Below are positions 1 through 5,899 of a stretch of DNA of 5,899 nucleotides, piece after piece (the stretch's first letter is position 1; every line of letters starts with the position of its first letter). The position numbers and the translations under genes are program-made. Under the pieces are notes generated by a model. The model did no database searches and was not told the origin of the DNA. It was given only the letters and a program-made list of their open reading frames with translations. Source of the stretch: Octopus sinensis (lineage: Eukaryota); the NCBI RefSeq assembly GCF_006345805.1, contig NW_021829950.1:1-5899 (forward strand), read 5' to 3'.

Positions 1-32
1 GAAAAGAAAAGCAAAAGAAAACAAAACAAATT

Positions 33-133
33 AGTACTGAGGGTCGATTCATTCGACTAAAAGTTCTCGAAGCCGGTGCCCCAGCATGGCCGCAGTCTAA
101 TGACCAAAACAAATAAGTGATAGAAAATAAAAG
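33..133 (+). mobile_element. 3' fragment of tRNA-derived SINE (family A)
   Basis: 75-104 (GGTGCCCCAGCATGGCCGCAGTCTAATGAC) matches the reverse complement of 457-486 at 29/30 and is similar to 3170-3205. It has the GTCGA-n5-TCGAC hairpin (43-57) and ends in an A-rich tail. Confidence 0.85.
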
Positions 134-434
134 CTAAGATCAGCAAGACGAAGAACAACAACCACAGCATCAAGAAGAATAACAAATGAATAACAACGCA
201 GTCAATGACCACAAGTCCAAGCACCCAGCTTGTAAAATAATCCATCTATAAAACCTTAAAGATATTAATCTAAACATTAACCCGAATCCTGGAGGAGCGG
301 AGTGGCCGTGTGGAGATGCACACAACTAGCAATGAATGACGGGCGGTGGTTCTGAACTGGGGCCCATAAGACCGTTGGTGCTGGTGTGGTTTGATATATG
401 ATTCGGTTGTTAAAGTTACTTATACTTGTACAAC

Positions 435-850
435 TTTTTATCTTTTGCTTGTTTCAGTCATTAGATTGCGGCCATGCTGGGGCACCACCTTGAACAACTT
501 TTACTCGAATGAATCAATTTCTTTTAGGTCTGGTATTATTCAATCGGTCTTTTTTTGCCGAACTGCTAAGTTACGGGATGTAAACACAGCAACCTTAGTT
601 GTCAAGCGGTGATGGGGTACAAACACAAACTCGAGCACACAGACAACACGCGCGCGCGCACACACACACAATAACACACATACACACACACACACACGCA
701 TACGCGATGGGCTTCTTTTAGTTTCTATCTACCAAATCCACTCATAAAAATTGGTCGACCAAGGCTATAGTAGAAGACACTTGACCAAGATGGCACGCAG
801 TGGGACTGAACCCGCAACCATGTGACTGGGAAGCAACCTTACCTCACAGC
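435..850 (-). mobile_element. Near full-length tRNA-derived SINE (family A) with internal microsatellite
   Basis: Minus strand order: A-box-like GCTGTGAGGTAAG (850-838), B-box-like GGGTTCAGTCCC (813-802), central domain, (TG)n tract, 3' body collinear with 3155-3363, then tail AATGACTGAAACAAGCAAAAGATAAAAAG. Confidence 0.88.
646..706. repeat. (CG)5/(CA)n compound microsatellite inside SINE
   Basis: ACACGCGCGCGCGCACACACACACA followed by further CA runs; read directly. Confidence 0.95.
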
Positions 851-999
851 TAAAAAATTTTTGCAATTTTTTTCTTTATACAGTTGTTAATGATATTTTT
901 TAATAAAAATATAAGAGGATTTTTTAAAGCCTCGAACAGCTAGGAGGGTCCACCGGAATCAAAGGTGTCCCCCCCCCCCAAAATAATTGAATCACTAAG

Positions 1000-1385
1000 G
1001 TAGAGGAACGACAGCTGTTGAACTGCGACCAAGTCCACCGTAGGATCGCAATTTCGATTCCCAGATCAGGCGTTGTGAGTGTTTATTGAGCGAAAGCACC
1101 TACAAGCTCCACGAGTCTCCGGCGGGGTGGGGTGGCGAATCCTGCTGTATTCTTTCACCACAACTTTCTCTCAGTCGTTCTTCCTGTTTTCTGTTGTACT
1201 TATATTTCAAAGAGCCAGCTTCTTCACACTCTGTGTCACGCTGAATCTCCCCGACGAGAGCTACGTTAAGGGTACACGTGTCAGTGGACTGCCCACCCAC
1301 TTGCACGTTAATTTCATGAGCAGGCTGTTCCCTTAATCGGATCAACTGGGACCCTCGTCGCCATAACCGACGGTGGGCCACTATT
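1000..1385 (+). mobile_element. GC-rich SINE-like element (family B)
   Basis: GC content rises sharply relative to the upstream flank. There is a B-box-like ATTTCGATTCCC (1051-1062) and a 3' hairpin CGTCG-n7-CGACG (1356-1372). 1225-1324 has a diverged inverted homolog at 2833-2930. Boundaries are approximate. Confidence 0.65.
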
Positions 1386-1549
1386 GACTACCGCGTGACA
1401 AAGCATACGGTGTGGGCCTCACTTAGGTTAAGAGGTGGTACAACTGGATTCGCCAGCCACCATCTGATGTTTGACTTGTACCTAGTTATCCGGCAGATTA
1501 CTTGCTTATCGTAAGAAACACTTGTCCATTACAGCTGATAATTGGATAC

Positions 1550-1800
1550 ACAACCACGACGAGGAAGACGGAGGTGGTAGCGACAACAGCGATGACGATG
1601 GCGATGACGACACGGACATCAATTGCAATTTTAGTATCAAGTGTGACTGTTGCAACAACGACCGTAACAGTAACACTAACCGCATTAGCAACACCGGGAA
1701 CCGAAACAACAGTGGCAGCGAAAACAACAGCATCACCATCACCATCAACAACAACAACAACAGCAACAACAACATTAATCTCAAGAGAATTAACAATTGT
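1550..1800. repeat. Degenerate trinucleotide low-complexity tract (AAC/GAC/AGC/ATC mosaic)
   Basis: Triplet periodicity, ending in ACCATC and (AAC)n runs. It explains four overlapping low-complexity ORFs. Confidence 0.85.
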
Positions 1801-2350
1801 TATGTCTAGCAATATCAACATTTGCAATAAGAACAACAAGACTATTACCCATTCAAAGAGTAGCAATGGTAGTACTATATAAAGTTGTTAGTAACACTAA
1901 GTAACTAAAATGACGGGCATACTACACTACGTAGCAAATATTTTACGCCACTCTGCACTACCAAGTAAAATCTCTCTTTAGATTTATCTCGAAGAACTGC
2001 CATCAAAAAAAATGAGAAGAAGGCAAAGCAAAACCAAAGACTTTCCGCATAGAGCATTATTTTCACCCCAAACCTAATTAATAGGAACATCCTAACGAAA
2101 AGTGTCGAGAGCCAGTCAAAATCAAACTTCACAAACACCGTGAATCTTGAATCTGGCCAAAGTTACAACACTTCTAAAACTCAATAAAACTTAAGTGAAG
2201 TAAAATTATAAGAGTGAAAGAAATAAAAATCGATTTCCTTTAGTTATAACAGTGAATATTCAGTTCTATATTTTAGAGATGAGGAATTCTGCAGATTATT
2301 GACGTTATTTACTTTGGACAGCTACGTGTCCTCATCTTGTTTGTTGTCAC

Positions 2351-2392
2351 CACAACGTTTCGGTTGATTTACTCTCCAGCCTTCATCAAGTG
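2351..2392 (-). ncRNA. Degenerate minimal type I hammerhead ribozyme (Penelope-like), probably inactive in this copy
   Basis: Minus strand reads CAC TTGATGA A GGCTG GAGAGTAAAT CAACC GAAAC GTT GTG. Stem I is CAC/GTG, the core is CUGAUGA with a C3>U change, stem II has 4/5 pairs, then GAAA, a palindromic ACGT stem III and a GUU cleavage triplet. Confidence 0.6.
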
Positions 2393-2449
2393 CTCTAGTA
2401 GAATTTTGAACACAACCCTGGGTTCTCATTCCTATGGTATTTTTGCTGA

Positions 2450-2451
<2 letters not shown>

Positions 2452-2494
<43 letters not shown>

Positions 2495-2516
2495 TATTAT
2501 TATTATTATTATTATT
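2452..2516. repeat. (TTA)n microsatellite
   Basis: About 21 units with one CTA interruption. Confidence 0.97.
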
Positions 2517-2831
2517 TATTCAAGGCATTGCCTGGAATTGAACTCGCAATCTTTGCGCTCTTAACCATTACACAAGATGAGAGCACATATCTAAATATGT
2601 AAATAATGTAGGGAATATTCTATTGCTCAGTCAACTGAATTACTTTTTATTTATTCAATATAAATTTATTTATTCAATATAAATTGAATTATTTATTCAA
2701 GGCATTGCCTGGTATTGAACTCGCAATCCTTGGGTTAGTAGCCCGCGCACTTAAACATTACTCAAGATGAGGACACATATGTGAATATGTAAACAATGTA
2801 GGGAATATTCAATGTCTCAGTCAAGTGAATT
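2511..2831. repeat. Diverged direct duplication (2511-2641 and 2688-2831) separated by a 2x19-bp tandem repeat (2646-2683)
   Basis: Both units run ATTATTTATTCAAGGCATTGCCTGG...CTCAGTCAA(C/G)TGAATT. The spacer holds TTTATTTATTCAATATAAA twice, perfectly. Confidence 0.92.
2701..2760 (-). mobile_element. Second tRNA-like SINE head (not a functional tRNA)
   Basis: Minus strand TAATGTTTAAGTGCGC GGG CTACTAA CCC AAGGATTGC GAGTTCAATACC: D-loop remnant, anticodon-like stem-loop with a 7-nt loop, and B box. No acceptor stem. Confidence 0.7.
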
Positions 2832-2930
2832 TCCTGCTCGTTGAATCAGTATCCTAGTGGCTCCACCGTTCCATCGACACATGGGTCTTGAACGTATAAC
2901 TCAAGCAGAATTAGCGTGACACAGCGTGTG
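2829..2930 (-). mobile_element. Diverged fragment related to SINE family B
   Basis: The reverse complement of 2913-2930 matches 1225-1242 at 17/18. Downstream anchors TACGTT, TGTC, CCACT and GAGCAGG follow in the same order and similar spacing as in 1262-1324. Confidence 0.7.
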
Positions 2931-3154
2931 CGCCATTCTCGACTTTTAAATTAGGTGCACAATCTTGCTGCCTTCTCTATCTAACCTCACTCCCAACGCT
3001 TGAATCGACTCATGGCTTTTGACAAAAAGAAAAAGAAAGAAAGGAAAAGACACACAAGATTCTTAATCGAACTTCTGAACAATTTGGCGACACAGCATCT
3101 ATAGAGTAAAAAAAAAAAGACAATGAAGAAATGACTTTTCTGTAGACAGGCCAA

Positions 3155-3461
3155 CTTTCTCTTTACTTGTTTCAGTCATTTGACTGCGGCTATGCTGGAG
3201 CATAGCCTTTAGTCGAGCAGATCGACCCCCCAGGACTTATTTTTTTGTAAGCCTAGAACTTATTCTATCGGTTCTCTTTTCCCGAACCGCTAGGTTACGG
3301 GAACGTAAACACACCACCATCGGTTGTCAAGCGATGTTGGGGCAACAAACAAAGACACACAAACATACATACATACATACATACATACATACATACATAC
3401 ATACACACATACATACACACATACATATATACATACATACATACATACACACATACATACA

Positions 3462-3495
<34 letters not shown>

Positions 3496-3609
3496 CATAC
3501 ATACATACATACACACATACATACACACATACATATATACATACATACATACATACATACACACATACATACATACATACATACATACATACATACAACC
3601 ACGCCTGCG
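3155..3609 (-). mobile_element. SINE family A copy with expanded (TATG)n, lacking the tRNA/central region
   Basis: 3155-3363 is collinear with 435-630 (CTTGTTTCAGTCATT...CCGAAC...GTTACGGG...GTAAACAC...GTTGTCAAGCG). The part equivalent to 706-840 is absent. Confidence 0.88.
3364..3596. repeat. (CATA)n tetranucleotide microsatellite with CACA/TATA variants
   Basis: About 58 units; source of the five YIHT/MYVC ORFs. Confidence 0.98.
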
Positions 3610-3631
3610 TAAATTTGGCAAATGTTTAAAA

Positions 3632-3670
3632 CAGTGCCTTTCAACCATTTTTTGGTCTATGGAACCCTTT
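3632..3670. mobile_element. Solo hAT-type MITE terminus
   Basis: CAGTGCCTTTCAACCATTTTTTGGTCTATGGAACCCTTT resembles a CAGTGGTTCTCAACC end. Its reverse complement loosely parallels 961-996. No partner end was found. Confidence 0.4.
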
Positions 3671-3941
3671 TCTTATTTTATTTAGGCGCTTTGATAAGAT
3701 ATAAATGAGCAAAGAAACTTTCTCGTTGGTTTGATATGCATTTGTTTCGTTAGGGGCGGGCTTTGTGCGATCGGATTTCAATCCTCATTTACACCAACCC
3801 ATTAAATACTCATATTGTCAACACTTTCTGTTCCTATATCACTTTATCTTGAAAACCAAGATTTTTGTGATTATACCAGCACACAACTATTATTGTTCAC
3901 ATTCATGCTGCTGCTGCTGTCACAGTTTTTGTTGAGGCTGA

Positions 3942-4080
3942 TGTTGATTAACCCCAGATCAGCTGTGATCCAGCGGACTTATGACCAAAAGACCTTCCAA
4001 CCATGCCCATGTGATCTTTTTCCCCAACACCAATGTATCGTTTGCGTTCTTCTTTTCTAAGACATTTAAGGTGTAACATT
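3942..4080. mobile_element. Possible old, diverged interspersed repeat fragment
   Basis: TTAACCCCAGATCAGCTGTGATCCAGCGGACTTATGACCAAAAGACCTTCCAACCATG resembles an old cephalopod repeat as I recall it. There is no second copy in this window to confirm. Confidence 0.3.
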
Positions 4081-4092
4081 CTGCTTGTTCCC

Positions 4093-4260
4093 CCGTTACT
4101 TAGCCTGTCCGTAACGCTTTCACGTGATTAGTTGAAGGGGAGGGAATAGGGAGAGGGAGGAGAGGAGGGAGAGGTGGAGGTGAATGAAATGTGTATTTTT
4201 TTTCAACTAAGTTTTTTTGTTGCTCCGTTACTTAGCCCGTCTGTAACACTTTCATTTGAT
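4093..4260 (+). repeat. 36-bp direct repeat (4093-4128, 4225-4260), each followed by a purine-rich tract
   Basis: CCGTTACTTAGCCTGTCCGTAACGCTTTCACGTGAT vs CCGTTACTTAGCCCGTCTGTAACACTTTCATTTGAT, 31/36 identical. Confidence 0.85.
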
Positions 4261-4637
4261 AAAGAGCGAGAGAAAACCAGGGAGAAAGAAAAAGAAAAGA
4301 GACAAAAAGAGATAAGTTGAAGAGTAAGCGAGAAAGAGAGAGAGATTGCTGTGTATCAAGTCTATAAAATTGTGCATAAAGTATATAAAATGTATATATA
4401 AAGTGCATTAAGTAATCATCGTATTCCAATTTCCTTCACTTTTCAATGATTTGCAGATGAACAACTATTTTTTGATACAGATGCAATACAGGCTACTTTT
4501 TGAGGCTTTTTGGATAAAATTTTCGAAAATAACCCAATAAGTTTGCCAATTATTCCGTAAAATATTGGGTTGTCCGGAAAGTCCGTGCCGATTTTTAAAG
4601 GAAAGAAAAAGGTCAATAAATACTTGCCATTACATTT

Positions 4638-4950
4638 TTAATCAACCAAATATGGACCATTTTGTTGCACAATGCGTCTCCATCTTTCCTTTAACTTGAA
4701 AATACCCTCTTCCCAGAATTGGGGTGGTTTCATGGCAAATAATTCATCAAGGTATCTTTTTACGTCATCCAAGGAATTGAAATTTTTACCATTAAGACTA
4801 GTCTGCAGAGACCTGTGAATAAGCGGAAATCCGAAGGAGCAATATCTGGTGAATATGGAGAGTGGGGTAACACATCCCAGCTGCGCTGCAGCAATTTTTG
4901 TCTGGTTCCTAAAGCATCAAGTACCGAAAATGAACTTTCTTATCTTCCAT
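4638..4950 (-). pseudogene. Mariner transposase pseudogene (N-terminal stub fused to C-terminal region)
   Basis: Hand translation: ATG at 4950 gives MEDKKVHFRYLML*. Another frame gives LGTRQKLLQRSWDVLPHSPYSPDIAPSDFRLF (mariner YSPDLAPSD motif). After a 2-bp insertion at 4815-4816 it reads RSLQTSLNGKNFNSLDDVKRYLDELFAMKPPQFWEEGIFKLKERWRRIVQQNGPYLVD*, with the stop at 4640-4638. Confidence 0.95.
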
Positions 4951-5081
4951 TTTAAAGTGTTACAGAATTAACACAAATTAAAGGAACATAAACCTTCTCC
5001 CACGAAAAGATAGCTTAAACTTTGCTCTAAATGCAGGTGGAGTCAAATCCTATTTCATGGACTCAACCATGTCCTAAAATA

Positions 5082-5229
5082 TATTTCTTTATTGCCCACA
5101 AGGGGCTAAACATAGAGGGGACAAACAAGGACAGACAAAGGGATTAAGTCGATTACATCGACCCCAGTGCCTAACTGGTACTTTATTTATCGACCTCGAA
5201 AGGATGAAAGGTAAAGTCGACCTCGGCGG
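5082..5229 (-). mobile_element. 5'-truncated SINE (family C) nested in the mariner 5' UTR
   Basis: Flanked by a 17-bp TSD AACCATGT(C/T)CTAAAATA (5065-5081, 5230-5246). Ends AATAAAGAAATA on the minus strand. Shares the CTGGGGTCGA-n5-TCGACT motif with family A. Confidence 0.88.
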
Positions 5230-5418
5230 AACCATGTTCTAAAATACGTCGAAAGGTAAGCTACTATAAATCGGCACGAACTTTCCGGACAACCTAATAT
5301 TTACGGGTTCCGCTAGTAAGGTATATTTGACTATTGTTTCTGTTCGGTCGAGCAAGCTCGATTAAGAATCTCCGTCATTGGTTCTATTTATCCTCGATCG
5401 AGGACTTCTATCAAATTT

Positions 5419-5609
5419 GTGGTTGTTGTTGTAGTTAGAGGTCATCCCTTTGTTTTTGCTATTTTCATCGCTTTCATTCACTTTGCTATTATTGTATCTA
5501 TTGTTGTTGTTGTTGGTGGTGGTGATGGTGGTAGAGGTGGTGGTAGTGATAGTATCATTCTTTCATTTCTTCTGTTAGGTGTTACAGCAGTAACAGTAGT
5601 AGCAGTGGC

Positions 5610-5647
<38 letters not shown>

Positions 5648-5899
5648 CAGCAGTAACAGCAACAGCATTGATAGCAGTAGTTGTAGAAGTAGCAGTAGCA
5701 GTCGCAGCAGCATCGGTATTATCATTGAGAGAGCAGTGCATGCCATTATTATTATTATTATTATTTTATTGTTGTTGTTGTTGTTGTTGTTGTTATTATT
5801 ACTACTATCATTATTATTATTAGTTGTAGTAGTATTAGTAACAGTTGTGGTGTTGGTAGCGCTGGCGGTGGTGTTGTTATTGTTGGTAGTGGTGGTCAC
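5419..5899. repeat. Compound trinucleotide microsatellite region (GTT/GGT/GTA/GCA/TTA)
   Basis: (GTA)n about 5611-5646, (TTA)n about 5744-5765, (TTG)n about 5770-5794, plus degenerate flanks running off the window end. Confidence 0.95.

Larger units (their letters stand above)
344..997. mobile_element. Degenerate hAT-type MITE interrupted by the SINE at 435-850
   Basis: Left end CGGTGGTTCTGAACTGGGG resembles the CAGTGGTTCTCAAC terminus of hAT/Charlie-type elements. Right end TTGAATCACT (987-996) is a decayed complement. The interior is AT-rich with GGG(T/C)CCA subterminal motifs at both ends. No clear 8-bp TSD is visible. Confidence 0.45.
2261..2570 (-). mobile_element. Composite SINE-like element: tRNA-like head, (AAT)n, hammerhead-like motif, hairpin tail
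   Basis: Minus strand: TAATGGTTAAGAGCG (D-arm/A-box-like, 2570-2556), GAGTTCAATTCC (B box), (AAT)n 2516-2452, hammerhead-like motif 2392-2351, and a tail with a 9-bp inverted repeat AGATGAGGA (2277-2285)/TCCTCATCT (2329-2337). Confidence 0.7.
4565..5297 (-). mobile_element. Internally deleted mariner (Tc1/mariner) DNA transposon
   Basis: 30-bp TIRs at 4565-4594 and 5268-5297, 28/30 identical (TT(G/A)GGTTGTCCGGAAAGT(C/T)CGTGCCGATTT). TA duplications at 4563-4564 and 5298-5299. Transposase remnant inside. Confidence 0.96.

Noticed and set aside
292-315. GGAGCGGAGTGGCCGTGTGG, A-box-like SINE start
   Set aside because: Too short, and no B box follows.
57-612. ORFs 57-245(-) and 391-612(+) sharing the peptide VIRLRPCWGT
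   Set aside because: The shared peptide is the antisense translation of the same SINE tail in two copies, not a protein domain.
1079-1381. Overlapping 85-aa and 93-aa ORFs
   Set aside because: They lie within a SINE-like repeat, use non-ATG starts and show no recognisable domain.
1498-1882. Thr-rich mucin-like and Asn/Asp-rich ORFs
   Set aside because: Several frames on both strands are open because the degenerate triplet repeats lack stops; there is no other sign of coding.
2701-2760. Possible tRNA gene (loop CTACTAA)
   Set aside because: No acceptor stem, truncated 5' end and weak arms; it is a SINE head.
3290-3648. Five YIHT/MYVC repeat ORFs, and a possible CRISPR-like array
   Set aside because: Pure (CATA)n microsatellite with no unique spacers, in a eukaryotic context.
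4093-4260. 36-bp hairpin repeats as a mini CRISPR array
   Set aside because: Only two copies, a 96-bp low-complexity spacer, and no cas genes.
4638-4950. Functional or domesticated transposase
   Set aside because: Stop at codon 14, a large internal deletion and a 2-bp frameshift.
5419-5899. Poly-Val/Thr/Leu/Asn ORFs
   Set aside because: Translations of compound trinucleotide microsatellites.

Overview
AT-rich, non-coding eukaryotic DNA built almost entirely from nested transposon remnants and microsatellites. The SINE families look to me like octopus (coleoid cephalopod) repeats; this is recollection, not a database result. No intact protein-coding gene is supported, and the listed ORFs are by-products of simple repeats or SINEs. 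The best-supported element is an internally deleted mariner (4565-5297) with 30-bp TIRs, TA target duplication and a broken transposase on the minus strand. It carries a 5'-truncated SINE with a 17-bp TSD. Also present are three copies of one tRNA-derived SINE family, a second GC-rich SINE-like family and a probable hAT-type MITE. The most unusual structure is at about 2260-2830 (minus strand): a tRNA-like Pol III head, an (AAT)n spacer, a degenerate minimal type I hammerhead ribozyme of the Penelope-like kind, and a hairpin tail. Inverted copies of the tail abut the 5' end and the head is tandemly duplicated, suggesting a ribozyme-bearing SINE mobilised by Penelope-like retroelements.
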